From an uncultured Planctomycetia bacterium (GTDB lineage: Bacteria; Omnitrophota; Gorgyraeia; 2-02-FULL-51-18): a stretch of 64,000 bases of DNA. The DNA is taken from contig CAZXLF010000002.1 of assembly GCA_964642015.1 (NCBI GenBank), positions 223,678-287,677 on the forward strand, given 5' to 3'. A program made the translations under genes and the position numbers. Of the stretch, positions 1 to 10,333 are shown in pieces. Position 1 is the first letter of the stretch. Every line of letters begins with the position of its first letter. A model generated the notes under the pieces. That model was not told where the DNA came from and searched no databases. It saw only the letters and a program-made list of their open reading frames with translations.

Positions 1-1
1 G

Positions 2-490
2 GATGAATTTTTATCCCGCAAGGTTCAGTTTGTGATCCTTGGAGAAGGCGACGGGCAATATCACACGACATTCAAGAATATAGAAGCGCGGCACAAGAAA
101 AACGCGTGCGTGCATTTGGGTTTTAAGTCCAAAGAAGCACATCAAATTTACGCCGGATGCGATTTTTTTCTGATGCCTTCGTTATTCGAACCATGCGGCC
201 TAGGCCAGCTGATCAGTCTGAAGTACGGCACAGTGCCGATCGTGAGAAGGACGGGAGGATTGGCGGATACGATCGTGGATTGTGACGCTGATCCGAAGAA
301 CGGGAACGGTTTTTCGTTCAGCGGTCGATTTTCAGGATCTTTTTTTCAGGCGATCGAACGCGCGTTGAAAGTTTATAAGGATAAAAAAAGATTCAGTAAG
401 CTTCAAAAGACAGGCATGAAAGCAGATTTTTCATGGTGTCACAGCGCTAAGGAATATTTGAAGCTGTACAAAGAAATTTTGTCGAACTAA
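2..490 (+). CDS. glgA: Glycogen synthase, C-terminal part (5' truncated by window edge)
   Basis: Frame continues from position 2 (DEFLSRKVQFVILGEGD...). C-terminal GT-B glycogen synthase signature, resembling GlgA C-termini. Confidence 0.75.
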   Translation, partial: DEFLSRKVQFVILGEGDGQYHTTFKNIEARHKKNACVHLGFKSKEAHQIYAGCDFFLMPSLFEPCGLGQLISLKYGTVPIVRRTGGLADTIVDCDADPKNGNGFSFSGRFSGSFFQAIERALKVYKDKKRFSKLQKTGMKADFSWCHSAKEYLKLYKEILSN

Positions 491-546
491 AAAGAACATC
501 GTCTCCGGGTATTTTTGACCGGAGACCTTATAACAGGTTAGAGAAT

Positions 547-1155
547 ATGATAGTAGTCGGAGTGACCGGCAATCTTGCGTCCGGAAAGAGCGAGGTAGCC
601 ATGATATTGAAGAAAAGAGGCGCCAAGATTTTTGACGCTGATCTCGCGGCCAGAAATGTCGTCCAGGTCGGAAAACCCGTCTATAGAGCGATCGTCAAGA
701 TCTTCGGGAAGGCATACTTAAAAAAAGACCGCGCACTTGACCGTAAAAAACTGGCTGAGCGCGTGTTTTTGCATCCGTCAGAGCTAAAAAAGCTGAATAT
801 CCTGATCCATCCGGGTGTTATTTTTGAATGTTTTCAAATGATAGAGCGTTACAAGGATAAAAAAGGAGTCCTGGTCCTTGACGTGCCCTTGCTTTTTGAA
901 TCAAAGATGGAGAATCTTGCGGATTATACGATCGTCATCGATTCGAGCCGGAGCAAAATATTCAAACGCGCCAAAAAGAAAGGGCTTCCTGAAAATCTGG
1001 TAAAGAAAATACTTTCCGCTCAATGGCCGGTATCAAAAAAATCAAAACACGCGGATTTTGTGATAACGAACAATGGTACGGCAAAGCAATTAGAAAAAAA
1101 AGTTTGGGAGGTCATGGATAAAATAAAAAAGAAACATGCTTTAAACGGCAATTAA
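547..1155 (+). CDS. coaE: Dephospho-CoA kinase
   Basis: N-terminal P-loop GVTGNLASGKSEV; length 202 aa typical of CoaE. Confidence 0.85.
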   Translation: MIVVGVTGNLASGKSEVAMILKKRGAKIFDADLAARNVVQVGKPVYRAIVKIFGKAYLKKDRALDRKKLAERVFLHPSELKKLNILIHPGVIFECFQMIERYKDKKGVLVLDVPLLFESKMENLADYTIVIDSSRSKIFKRAKKKGLPENLVKKILSAQWPVSKKSKHADFVITNNGTAKQLEKKVWEVMDKIKKKHALNGN

Positions 1156-1188
1156 AACAAAAATTTCAAACAAGGAGGAAAGAAGAAG

Positions 1189-2445
1189 ATGGACCTAGAT
1201 TTAGCAAAGCTTAAGAAAATGAAAATGTCGGATCTTAATGATCTGGCTCACAAGCTTCAGGTCAACGGCGTCAGCGGACTGAAGAAGCAGGATCTTATTT
1301 TTAAGATCCTTCAGGCGCAGCCCGAGAAGGACGGCGTGATGACCGGCGAAGGAGTGCTTGAGATCCTGCAGGACGGATTCGGATTCCTGCGCTCGCCGAA
1401 CTACAATTACCTGCCGTGCCCCGACGACATCTACGTTTCTCCATCGCAGATCAGAAAATTCAATCTGAGGACCGGAGATACTGTAGCAGGCCAGATACGT
1501 CCGCCAAAAGAGGGCGAGCGGTATTTCGCTATGTTGATGGTCGGAAAGGTGAATTTCGAATCTCCCGAAGAGGGCAAGGAGAAGATTTTATTTGATAACC
1601 TAACCCCTCTTTATCCGCGTGAGCGCTGGCAGCTTGAGTCGTCGCCTACGGAAGTTTCCACTAGGATCATGGACCTTTTGGCGCCGATAGGCAAAGGCCA
1701 GAGAGGTTTGATCGTTGCGCCACCATACAGCGGTAAGACGGTGCTTCTTCAGAAGATCGCCAATAGCATTACAACCAACCATCCTGAAGCCGTATTGATC
1801 GTGCTTCTGATCGATGAGCGCCCCGAAGAAGTCACCGATATGCAGCGTTCCGTGAAAGGCGAAGTGATAAGTTCTACCTTTGATGAGCCGGCTGAGCGCC
1901 ACGTGCAGGTAGCTGAAATGGTGCTGGAAAAAGCCAAAAGGCTTGTCGAGTGCAAAAAAGACGTTGTGATCCTGCTAGACAGCATTACACGTTTGGCAAG
2001 AGCTTACAACACGACAGTGCCTCATTCCGGAAAGATCCTTTCAGGCGGTGTGGATTCCAACGCGCTTCATAAGCCAAAGCGTTTCTTCGGCGCCGCGCGT
2101 GCTCTCGAAGAAGGCGGAAGTCTCACGATCATCGCGACGGCTTTGGTGGACACCGGCAGCCGCATGGACGAAGTGATCTTTGAAGAATTCAAAGGAACCG
2201 GCAACATGGAGCTTCAGCTCGACCGAAATCTCTTCCAGCGCCGCATTTATCCCGCCATCGATATCAAGCGTTCCAATACCCGTAAAGAGGAACTCTTGGT
2301 GCAGAATGATGATCTGGCAAAGATATGGATCTTGAGAAAGGTGCTGAATGAATTGAATAGCACCGAAGCGATGGAACTATTGATAGAGAAATTGTCGAAG
2401 ACAAAGACGAACAAGGATTTCTTGAAAAGCATGAATAAAGGTTAA
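1189..2445 (+). CDS. rho: Transcription termination factor Rho
   Basis: 418 aa. N-terminal RNA-binding region, then RecA-like ATPase ([17 protein letters not shown]), Rho-specific loops. RBS AAGGAGGA upstream. Confidence 0.95.
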   Translation: MDLDLAKLKKMKMSDLNDLAHKLQVNGVSGLKKQDLIFKILQAQPEKDGVMTGEGVLEILQDGFGFLRSPNYNYLPCPDDIYVSPSQIRKFNLRTGDTVAGQIRPPKEGERYFAMLMVGKVNFESPEEGKEKILFDNLTPLYPRERWQLESSPTEVSTRIMDLLAPIGKGQRGLIVAPPYSGKTVLLQKIANSITTNHPEAVLIVLLIDERPEEVTDMQRSVKGEVISSTFDEPAERHVQVAEMVLEKAKRLVECKKDVVILLDSITRLARAYNTTVPHSGKILSGGVDSNALHKPKRFFGAARALEEGGSLTIIATALVDTGSRMDEVIFEEFKGTGNMELQLDRNLFQRRIYPAIDIKRSNTRKEELLVQNDDLAKIWILRKVLNELNSTEAMELLIEKLSKTKTNKDFLKSMNKG

Positions 2446-2463
2446 AATAAAACGGAGAATAAA

Positions 2464-2670
2464 ATGAAAGATAAAATACATCCAAAATATTTTGATACCA
2501 CGATCACCTGTATCTGCGGGAACGTGATTCACACACGTTCAACAAAGCAGAATATCCGTGTCGAAATTTGCTCGAACTGCCACCCATTTTTCACCGGGAA
2601 GCAGAAATTTGTCGACAGCGCAGGACGCGTCGAGAAATTCCAGAAGAGATACGCTGCAAAAAAGAAGTAA
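2464..2670 (+). CDS. rpmE: 50S ribosomal protein L31
   Basis: MKDKIHPKY...CxxC...CxxC zinc-ribbon L31 signature, 68 aa. Confidence 0.95.
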   Translation: MKDKIHPKYFDTTITCICGNVIHTRSTKQNIRVEICSNCHPFFTGKQKFVDSAGRVEKFQKRYAAKKK

Positions 2671-2716
2671 AAAGCGGTAAACTTAACCCGCTTCAACGGA
2701 TGTGCCGTTGAAAACG

Positions 2717-2762
2717 GGATTACACAGATCGGCTAGCTGCTGATCTGTGTAATCATTTTTGG
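2717..2762 (+). terminator. Rho-independent terminator-like hairpin between rpmE and prfA
   Basis: 13-14 bp perfect inverted repeat GGATTACACAGATC...GATCTGTGTAATC with an 11-nt loop, followed by ATTTTTGG. Confidence 0.55.
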
Positions 2763-2772
2763 AAAACTTCAG

Positions 2773-3834
2773 ATGAGATTTTTAAAGAAAGCCGAAGAAA
2801 AGGTCAGGCGCTTCAAAGAAGTTGAAGCGCTGCTGCAGGACCCGTCCGTGACTCAAGACCAGTCGCGCTTGAAGGACCTCGGAAAGGAATTCCGGTCGCT
2901 TCAGAAGGTCGCCGACCTTTATAAGGAGTATCTAAGCATCCAGGGCCAGATCGTTGAAGTGGAGCACATTTTAAAAGAAAAGAATCAATCTGCGGATCTT
3001 CTTTTGATGGCCAACCACGAAATGGAAACTCTTGAGAAGCGGAAAAAGGGAAACGTCCACGAGCTGGAAGCTCTGCTTATTCAGGATGACCCAATGCTTT
3101 CGAAGAACGCGATCCTGGAGATCAGGGCGGGGACAGGAGGGCTTGAAGCGGGACTATTCGCCGGCGATCTATTCAGAATGTACACCAAGTACGCTTCGGT
3201 TTGCGGCTTTAAAATGGAGGTGTTGTCGAGCTCGCCCAACGAAGCGGGAGGGTTCAAAGAAATTATCGCTTCGATAACGGGCCAAGGCGCTTACGGAAAA
3301 TTTAAATTTGAAAGCGGTACTCACCGCGTCCAGCGTGTTCCTGCAACCGAGGCGCAGGGGCGGATTCACACCTCAGCCGTGACCGTCGCCATATTGCCGG
3401 AAGCGGAAGAAGTGGATGTCGAGATAAAACAGGAAGATCTCCGGATTGATGTATTCCGTTCGGGCGGACCCGGCGGGCAAAGCGTCAATACTACCGATTC
3501 GGCGGTACGCATTACACATATTCCATCAGGCCTTGTTGTGAGTTGCCAAGATGAAAAATCACAATTAAAAAATAAACAAAAAGGTATGAAGATCCTGCGC
3601 GCCAGGCTTTTTGAAAAGATCACCAGTGAACGCAACGCGGAAATCGCTAAAACCAGAAAAGAACAGGTCGGTTCAGGCGACCGCAGCGAGAAGATCCGCA
3701 CATATAATTTTCCTGACCGCCGTGTGACGGACCACCGCGTCGGACTTACCGTCTATAATTTAGAAGCGGTGCTGGACGGTGAGATACAGGAATTTGTCGA
3801 TGCACTTTACGAAGTCGAACTTTCCAAAGGATGA
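2773..3834 (+). CDS. prfA: Peptide chain release factor 1
   Basis: GGQ motif (SGGPGGQSVNTTDSAVRITHIPSG) and RF1-specific PAT tripeptide (RVPATE). Confidence 0.95.
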   Translation: MRFLKKAEEKVRRFKEVEALLQDPSVTQDQSRLKDLGKEFRSLQKVADLYKEYLSIQGQIVEVEHILKEKNQSADLLLMANHEMETLEKRKKGNVHELEALLIQDDPMLSKNAILEIRAGTGGLEAGLFAGDLFRMYTKYASVCGFKMEVLSSSPNEAGGFKEIIASITGQGAYGKFKFESGTHRVQRVPATEAQGRIHTSAVTVAILPEAEEVDVEIKQEDLRIDVFRSGGPGGQSVNTTDSAVRITHIPSGLVVSCQDEKSQLKNKQKGMKILRARLFEKITSERNAEIAKTRKEQVGSGDRSEKIRTYNFPDRRVTDHRVGLTVYNLEAVLDGEIQEFVDALYEVELSKG

Positions 3835-3835
3835 G

Positions 3836-4726
3836 ATGAAGCAAGTCGATGCTGTGCATTCCAATGTATTGTTTCTCAAAAGTGTTGAAAAACGTCTGAG
3901 AGATTCGCATGTTGTATCCGCGCGGGCCGAAGCGGAGCAGATGATCCGTCATTACAGCGGTATCAACCGCATGGATATTTTTACCGGACAAAAAACAGTT
4001 TCACCGCTTGCCAGAAAGTCCATCGAAACGGCTTTGAAACAAAGGATTAAAGGGAAGCCTCTTTCTTATGTTCTGAAAGAAGCGGAGTTTTTTGGCCTGC
4101 GATTTTTTGTGAGTCCCGATACGCTTATCCCGAGGCCGGAGACCGAGATTTTGGTTGAGGAAGCATTGCAGATTCTGAAAACCCATTTTTCTAAAAACAG
4201 CCGTCCGGATATTCTGGATATAGGCACCGGTTCCGGCTGTATCGCTGTGAGTTTGACAATCCATAGGCCAGAATGTAGAATGACGGCTCTTGATATTTCT
4301 TCCAAGGCGCTTAAAATAGCCCGTAAGAACATCAATTATCATAAGTTAGGTAAAAAAGTTCGGATTCTAAAGAGCGATCTTTTCAGCGCTTTTAAGACGC
4401 GAAAAAAGGCTTGTTGGGATTTGATTGTTTCCAACCCTCCTTATGTTCCCGTTGAAGATCTCGGCGGATTATCGAAGGAAGTATTGTCAGAGCCTCGTAT
4501 TGCATTAAGCGGAGGCGACAAGGGATTTTCGGTCATTGACCGCATCTTGGATCAGGCGCACACTTTCTTAAAAGATAGAGGTTGGCTTTTATTCGAGATC
4601 GGAGATGGACAGGCCGGTATTTTGGCGGAAAAAATTTTGAAGGAAAAAAAGCTCATTAATCTTCGCTTCGCGAAGGATTTGAACGGCATAGACCGCGTGT
4701 TGATAGCACAAAAATGGACAAATTAG
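3836..4726 (+). CDS. prmC: Release factor glutamine N5-methyltransferase
   Basis: NPPY motif (VSNPPYVP), SAM-binding DIGTGSGCIA. Located directly after prfA. ORF is open from 3779 but the first ATG after the prfA stop is at 3836. Confidence 0.9.
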   Translation: MKQVDAVHSNVLFLKSVEKRLRDSHVVSARAEAEQMIRHYSGINRMDIFTGQKTVSPLARKSIETALKQRIKGKPLSYVLKEAEFFGLRFFVSPDTLIPRPETEILVEEALQILKTHFSKNSRPDILDIGTGSGCIAVSLTIHRPECRMTALDISSKALKIARKNINYHKLGKKVRILKSDLFSAFKTRKKACWDLIVSNPPYVPVEDLGGLSKEVLSEPRIALSGGDKGFSVIDRILDQAHTFLKDRGWLLFEIGDGQAGILAEKILKEKKLINLRFAKDLNGIDRVLIAQKWTN

Positions 4727-5982
4727 TCGTTGAAGGAGGCCGGCGCCTCGAAGGAACGGTAGAGATCAGCGGAGCTAAAAACGCATCGCTGCCGATCTTA
4801 GCCGCGACGATATTGTCCAAAGAGCCGTCGGTTATAAAAAACGTCCCGCAAGTGGCGGATGTTTTCACAATGGTAAAGATTTTGAAATCGATCGGTGCCA
4901 AAGTTCAGCATTCAGGCAACACGGTTGAAGTGGATCCGAGCCCTATTCGTCACGCCGTGTTGACGTATAAACTTGTCAGTACGATGAGAGGTTCGATCTG
5001 TTTTTTAGGGCCGCTCTTGGCCAGGTTCGGCAGCGCCCAGGTTTCTTTCCCTGGAGGATGCGTGATCGGTCCCAGGCCGATTGATCTGCATTTAAAAGGT
5101 GTGCGCGCGCTCGGTGCTGAAATCACCCTAGAACACGGTTATGTGATAGCCAAAGCGCAAAAGTTAAAAGGCGCGCGGATTTATCTCGGCGGCGCTTTTG
5201 GTTCAAGCGTGTTGGGCACCGCAAACATCATGATGGCAGCTGTGTTGGCAAAAGGCAAGACGGTCATCGACAACGCGGCTTGTGAGCCCGAAGTTGTGGA
5301 TCTTGGAAATTTTCTTAAGAAAATGGGCGCGAAGATTGATGGATTAGGCTCCCCGTCGATCGAAGTGGAAGGTGTAAAAAAATTAAATGGCGCGACATAT
5401 TCCGTGATCCCCGACCGCATCGAAGCCGGCACTTATATGATCGCTTCAGCGATCACGAAGGGCGACATTACGATTAAGAATATGAATCTGAATATGCTTG
5501 GCGCGATGTTGGACAAATTGAGAGAGGCCGGTGTGATCGTCACGGAAAAGAACGGGCATGTGCGTGTGAGGCGTGAACGGGTGCTAAGGCCGGTTTCAGC
5601 GACCACACTTCCGTATCCGGGATTTCCGACGGACCTTCAAGCGCAGATGATGGCGCTGATGTGTGTAGTACCGGGGATCAGCGTGATCACTGAAAAAATT
5701 TATCCGGAGCGCTTTATGCATGTCAGCGAACTGAACCGCATGGGCGCGAATATCATGCTGGAAGGTCCCAGCGCGATCGTTAACGGAAGAAAAAGCTTGA
5801 GCGGAGCGCCGGTGATGGCTTCTGACCTTAGAGCTTCCGCGGCATTGGTTTTAGCAGGATTGGTGGCAGATGGTTATACGGAAATATCGCGCGTGTACCA
5901 TTTAGACCGCGGTTATGAAAGTTTAGTGGCAAAGCTGCAAAGTTTGGGCGCTAAAATCAGAAGAGAGAAGGATATTCGATGA
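4714..5982 (+). CDS. murA: UDP-N-acetylglucosamine 1-carboxyvinyltransferase
   Basis: 422 aa, N-terminus MDKLVVEGGRRLEGTVEISGAKNASLPILAA typical of MurA. Confidence 0.95.
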   Translation: MDKLVVEGGRRLEGTVEISGAKNASLPILAATILSKEPSVIKNVPQVADVFTMVKILKSIGAKVQHSGNTVEVDPSPIRHAVLTYKLVSTMRGSICFLGPLLARFGSAQVSFPGGCVIGPRPIDLHLKGVRALGAEITLEHGYVIAKAQKLKGARIYLGGAFGSSVLGTANIMMAAVLAKGKTVIDNAACEPEVVDLGNFLKKMGAKIDGLGSPSIEVEGVKKLNGATYSVIPDRIEAGTYMIASAITKGDITIKNMNLNMLGAMLDKLREAGVIVTEKNGHVRVRRERVLRPVSATTLPYPGFPTDLQAQMMALMCVVPGISVITEKIYPERFMHVSELNRMGANIMLEGPSAIVNGRKSLSGAPVMASDLRASAALVLAGLVADGYTEISRVYHLDRGYESLVAKLQSLGAKIRREKDIR

Positions 5983-6061
5983 CATACGTGGTTAGCGGCG
6001 ATTGGTGTGCGTTTTGCGCAAATCGAAAACCGCTCACCAAAAACCAATAGGAGAGTTAAAT

Positions 6062-6310
6062 ATGGCAGTAGTGATTCGTTTGAAGACGATGGGCACAAAG
6101 AAAAAGATAAAGCACCGTATCGTGGTGACGGATTCCAAATTTCCGCGCGACGGGCGCTTTTTAGAGGAAGTAGGATATTGGGACCCTTCCAAGGAACCGC
6201 CGGTGGTGAGCGTTAAAGCTGACCGGGTGGCACATTGGATAAAGCAAGGCGCAAAGCCTTCCGAGACCGTGAAGTCTGTCCTGAAGAAGGCGGGAATTAA
6301 GCGCAGTTAA
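6062..6310 (+). CDS. rpsP: 30S ribosomal protein S16
   Basis: MAVVIRLKTMGTKKK... S16 N-terminus. ORF open from 6002 but RBS AGGAGA precedes the ATG at 6062. Confidence 0.9.
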   Translation: MAVVIRLKTMGTKKKIKHRIVVTDSKFPRDGRFLEEVGYWDPSKEPPVVSVKADRVAHWIKQGAKPSETVKSVLKKAGIKRS

Positions 6311-6328
6311 AATTTTTTCGAGGTCAGC

Positions 6329-7033
6329 ATGAAAATAGACATCCTGACTTTATTTCCCGGAATGTTCGACGCGTTTGTTTCTCATTCAATGATCAAACGC
6401 GCGATCGCTAAAAAGGTCGTAGATATTCGAGTTCACGATCTGCGCGATTTCACGCATGACCGCCATCGAACCTGTGATGATAGGCCTTTCGGCGGAGGGC
6501 CGGGAATGCTGATGAAACCCGAACCGATCTTTGAAGCGTTAGAAAAGATCATCGGGAAAAAAGCTTTAGCTTACAAACGGAAAAGAACCAAGCAGCGCAT
6601 TATTTTTATGACGCCTCAAGGTGGCCGTTTTGATCAGGCTAAAGCGAAGAAATTGTCGGTTGCAGATCAGCTCATTTTTATTTGCGGTCACTATGAAGGT
6701 GTTGACCAACGGGTTATTGATGAACTGGTTACAGATGAGATCTCGATAGGCGATTATATATTGACCGGTGGCGAGCTTCCAGCGATGGTTGTAGCCGATT
6801 CGGTCGTCCGATTGCTTAAAGGGGTGCTGGGCAGGGAGGAATCAAAGGAATTTGAAACTTTCTCCCAAAATCTGCTAGAATACCCTCAGTACACACGCCC
6901 AGCGGCCTACCGCGGGCTTAAGGTTCCGAAGGTCCTGTTGTCAGGTGATCATCAGGCGATCAAGCAATGGAGGCAGAAAGAGGCTGTTAAGCGTACGCTT
7001 AAAAGACGGCCGGATCTATTGAAGAAACATTGA
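6329..7033 (+). CDS. trmD: tRNA (guanine37-N1)-methyltransferase
   Basis: [13 protein letters not shown]... SPOUT-knot TrmD signature; in an rpsP-trmD-rplS context. Confidence 0.95.
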   Translation: MKIDILTLFPGMFDAFVSHSMIKRAIAKKVVDIRVHDLRDFTHDRHRTCDDRPFGGGPGMLMKPEPIFEALEKIIGKKALAYKRKRTKQRIIFMTPQGGRFDQAKAKKLSVADQLIFICGHYEGVDQRVIDELVTDEISIGDYILTGGELPAMVVADSVVRLLKGVLGREESKEFETFSQNLLEYPQYTRPAAYRGLKVPKVLLSGDHQAIKQWRQKEAVKRTLKRRPDLLKKH

Positions 7034-7079
7034 GTTTATTTGGAGTAGGCTCAAAATTTTTTTAGAAGGAGTAATTAAG

Positions 7080-7454
7080 ATGCATCCCATGATAAAGGCA
7101 ATTGAAGACGAGCAATTAAAGAAAGACACGCCTCGTTTCCGGATCGGAGACAGCGTGCGCGTTTCCGTGAAGGTCGATGAAGGCGATAAAACGCGCACCC
7201 AGCTTTTTGAGGGTGTGGTCATCAAGAAACAAGGCGCCGGAGTTCGCGAAAATTTTACGGTCCGAAGGATCTCTTTCGGAGAAGGCGTGGAAAGGAACTT
7301 TCCGCTTCATTCACCGACGGTTCAGAAGATCGAAGTGGTACGCACCGGAAAGGTTCGCCGCGCGAAACTCTTTTACTTAAGACATCAATCAGGCAAGAAG
7401 GGTAAAATTGAAGAAGAGCGCAAGCGAGAAGAGGTCTCTTCTACAACAGCATGA
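7080..7454 (+). CDS. rplS: 50S ribosomal protein L19
   Basis: L19 signature ([14 protein letters not shown]...[15 protein letters not shown]). Lys/Glu-rich C-terminal tail. Confidence 0.95.
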   Translation: MHPMIKAIEDEQLKKDTPRFRIGDSVRVSVKVDEGDKTRTQLFEGVVIKKQGAGVRENFTVRRISFGEGVERNFPLHSPTVQKIEVVRTGKVRRAKLFYLRHQSGKKGKIEEERKREEVSSTTA

Positions 7455-8052
7455 CCAATCTTTCTTAGATCAGGGTTTCAGATCCCTGGCGGGAGTGGAT
7501 GAAGCAGGCCGAGGTCCTTTAGCGGGGCCGGTGGTTGCTTCAGCTGTGATCGTCAGGGATTTTTCATTTTCTTCACAGATCGATGATTCGAAGAAAATGA
7601 GCGCTTCCGCGCGGGATACCGCGTATAAAGAGATCCTGGAAAAATGCATGATCGGCATCGGGGTCGTAGAGCCGGAGGGCATTGATACACTGAATATTTT
7701 CCAGGCCACGATGAAAGCGATGCAGCAGGCGGTCGCGAAGCTGAAAGAAGCGCCCGAATGTCTTCTGATCGACGGACCGCATCATCCGGAACTCCCGTTC
7801 AAACAGTTCGCGATCGTGAACGGCGACGCATTATCTTTTTCGATCGCATGCGCGTCGGTTGTGGCGAAAGTGACGCGGGACCGTATGATGGATTATTATG
7901 ATGATCTTTTTCCGGAGTACGGATTCAGAAAACACAAGGGTTACGGCACCAAGCAGCATATTGATGCGCTCAAAAAAAATGGCCCGTGCCGGATCCATCG
8001 TAGAAGTTTTGAGCCGGTAAGATCTTTGGTGAAGAACGAAAAAAATCCCTAG
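7408..8052 (+). CDS. rnhB: Ribonuclease HII
   Basis: [17 protein letters not shown] catalytic motif. The start is uncertain: the ORF overlaps the rplS end, so the true start may lie downstream. Confidence 0.9.
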   Translation: MKKSASEKRSLLQQHDQSFLDQGFRSLAGVDEAGRGPLAGPVVASAVIVRDFSFSSQIDDSKKMSASARDTAYKEILEKCMIGIGVVEPEGIDTLNIFQATMKAMQQAVAKLKEAPECLLIDGPHHPELPFKQFAIVNGDALSFSIACASVVAKVTRDRMMDYYDDLFPEYGFRKHKGYGTKQHIDALKKNGPCRIHRRSFEPVRSLVKNEKNP

Positions 8053-8055
8053 TTT

Positions 8056-9594
8056 ATGGAAACCCTTCTTATCATCGATTTTGGATCTCAGTACAATCAA
8101 TTGATCGCCCGACGTGTGCGCGAATCAAAGGTTTTCTGTGAGATCGTTCCGCCTTCGGTATCCATCGAATCTCTTAAGAAAAAAAATATACGCGGCATCA
8201 TCCTTTCCGGAGGTCCCGCCAGTGTTTATCAAAAAAATGCCCCGAAATTAAATCCCGAGTTTCTGAAATTAGGTGTTCCTGTGTTGGGTATTTGCTACGG
8301 CATGCAGGCCATTTCTTATCTTTTGGACGGGCATGTACGCCGTGCCAAACAAAGAGAATACGGCCGCGCCGAACTTTTCTTGTCTCCGAGGCCAGGCCGT
8401 CTTTTTCAGGGTGTACCCAGAAGATCCATATCTTGGATGAGTCACGGGGATTATGTGTCACGGATGCCGAAAGGATACGCTAGGACTGCGTCGACCAAAA
8501 ATACGCACGCGGCGGCATTCGAGAACCCGGCCGATAAAGTTTATGGAGTCCAGTTTCATCCTGAAGTTATGCACAGCCAGTACGGCGCACGCGTGATCAA
8601 AAACTTTTTATTCTCGATCTGCCATTTCAGAAAAATGTGGACGATGGAAAACTTCATTTATGAAGCGGTAAAAAAGATCAGGAATGAAGTCGGGAACGGC
8701 AAGGTGATCCTGGGTCTTTCGGGCGGGGTGGATTCTTCGGTCGCCGCCGCTCTTTTGTCCAAAGCGATCGGCAGGCGACTGGTCTGCATTTTTGTGAACA
8801 ACGGTCTTTTGAGAAAGAACGAGGAGATCGAAGTCCGCCGTGCATTCAAGGGACGGTTCAATTTGGACCTGCATGTTATCGATGCGTCAAAAATTTTCTT
8901 AAAGAAGCTCAAAGGCGTCACGGACCCTGAACGTAAACGAAAAATAATCGGCCACGAATTTATTTATGCGTTTGACCGCGAAGCCAAGAAGATCAAAGGG
9001 ATCTCTTTTTTAGCCCAGGGGACCTTGTATCCGGACGTGATCGAGAGCCGTTCCGCTTTTGGCGGGCCTACGGCGGTGATCAAATCCCACCACAATGTGG
9101 GCGGCCTTCCGGATAAAATGAAATTAAAATTGGTAGAACCGCTTCGCGAACTTTTTAAAGACGAGACAAGAGCGCTTGGGCGCACGCTTGGACTTCCCGA
9201 AACATTGGTAGGGCGCCACCCTTTTCCGGGACCGGGCCTTGCAGTCCGCGTAATAGGGGACATCACCGAGGAGAGGCTTCATATTCTGAAAGAAGCAGAC
9301 GCCCGTTTTATTGAAGAGATACGCAGGGTAGGACTTTACGATAAGATCTGGCAGGCGTTCGCCGTGTTGCTTCCCGTAAAAAGCGTCGGCGTTATGGGTG
9401 ATGAAAGGACGTACGAAAATGTGGTGGCCCTCCGCGCCGTTACGAGCGTAGATGGCATGACCGCCGATTGGTTCGAAATTCCGAAAGAGATCCTGGGAAA
9501 GATTTCCAATCGTATCATCAACGAAGTCAAAGGCGTCAACCGTGTTGTCTATGATGTGAGCTCTAAGCCGCCTGCGACGATCGAATGGGAATGA
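8056..9594 (+). CDS. guaA: GMP synthase (glutamine-hydrolyzing)
   Basis: 512 aa. N-terminal GATase (GICYGMQ), ATP-PPase SGGVDSSV motif, conserved C-terminal dimerization domain ending TIEWE. Confidence 0.95.
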   Translation: METLLIIDFGSQYNQLIARRVRESKVFCEIVPPSVSIESLKKKNIRGIILSGGPASVYQKNAPKLNPEFLKLGVPVLGICYGMQAISYLLDGHVRRAKQREYGRAELFLSPRPGRLFQGVPRRSISWMSHGDYVSRMPKGYARTASTKNTHAAAFENPADKVYGVQFHPEVMHSQYGARVIKNFLFSICHFRKMWTMENFIYEAVKKIRNEVGNGKVILGLSGGVDSSVAAALLSKAIGRRLVCIFVNNGLLRKNEEIEVRRAFKGRFNLDLHVIDASKIFLKKLKGVTDPERKRKIIGHEFIYAFDREAKKIKGISFLAQGTLYPDVIESRSAFGGPTAVIKSHHNVGGLPDKMKLKLVEPLRELFKDETRALGRTLGLPETLVGRHPFPGPGLAVRVIGDITEERLHILKEADARFIEEIRRVGLYDKIWQAFAVLLPVKSVGVMGDERTYENVVALRAVTSVDGMTADWFEIPKEILGKISNRIINEVKGVNRVVYDVSSKPPATIEWE

Positions 9595-9600
9595 TTTCGC

Positions 9601-10278
9601 TTGCATCTTATTTCAGCCGATCATGATCTGAACCTCTTCAGAGAATGTGAAAGATGTTTTTGGCTTCATTATAAGAGCCCCGTCCCTCGTTTTTACCACG
9701 AACCTTCTTTTTTTGAAACCGCATCCCGCTCGAAACTGCACGAACATTACGACAAATTCAGAAATTCGCTTCCGCCGGAAATGTCCGGCCGTATGGACGG
9801 CATCCTGTTGGACGACACTCAATTGATCGGTCATTGGAGGGATGCGCAAAGAGGCCTCCGACACAGCGACTCCGTGCTGAGTGCCGTGCTTTGTGGCACG
9901 ATGGATGACTGTCTTATTAATGATAACGAATATTACGTCCCGATCGAATTTCAAATGGCGTTCAGAGAACTCGAAGACGATGAATTAAAGGCAAGGCAAT
10001 CATTTTTAGACAGTCTCATCTATTTATTGACGACGAACGGATATAAAACGTTGGAATTTGGCTACGTTGTTTGTTATTTTCCCGAGTCGGTTTCACATCA
10101 AGCCGCGCTGACACTGCGGTCAAAAGTTCTTCGGCTTGACACAGACATGATGAGAGCCGAGAGAGTGTTCTACGAAGCCTCCGACCTTTTACGTCAAAAG
10201 AGCATCCCTGAGTCAGGTGGCGGTTGCCCTTATTGCATATGGCTTAAGGCGCGATCGACTGTCGAACGCAAAAAATAA
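9601..10278 (+). CDS. Hypothetical Cas4-like / PD-(D/E)XK-family nuclease-fold protein (cysteine-bracketed)
   Basis: N-terminal ISADHDLNLFRECERCFWLHY resembles the Cas4/DUF83 motif I (xSxSDLxxyxxCPRxxwL). An Asp-containing stretch and VPIEFQ sit at the expected motif II/III position. Cys pairs CERC (N-terminal) and CPYC (C-terminal). No cas genes nearby. Confidence 0.45.
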   Translation: MHLISADHDLNLFRECERCFWLHYKSPVPRFYHEPSFFETASRSKLHEHYDKFRNSLPPEMSGRMDGILLDDTQLIGHWRDAQRGLRHSDSVLSAVLCGTMDDCLINDNEYYVPIEFQMAFRELEDDELKARQSFLDSLIYLLTTNGYKTLEFGYVVCYFPESVSHQAALTLRSKVLRLDTDMMRAERVFYEASDLLRQKSIPESGGGCPYCIWLKARSTVERKK

Positions 10279-10333
10279 AAATTATTCTCTTTAACTTGCA
10301 CGGATTCAAATACAGCATTAAAATAGACACGCC

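Noticed and set aside
6007-6216. Alternative-frame 69-aa ORF overlapping rpsP.
   Set aside because: The other frame encodes a canonical S16. The upstream extension of the 6002 ORF (MVCVLRKSKTAHQKPIGELN) is probably leader, because the RBS sits before the 6062 ATG.
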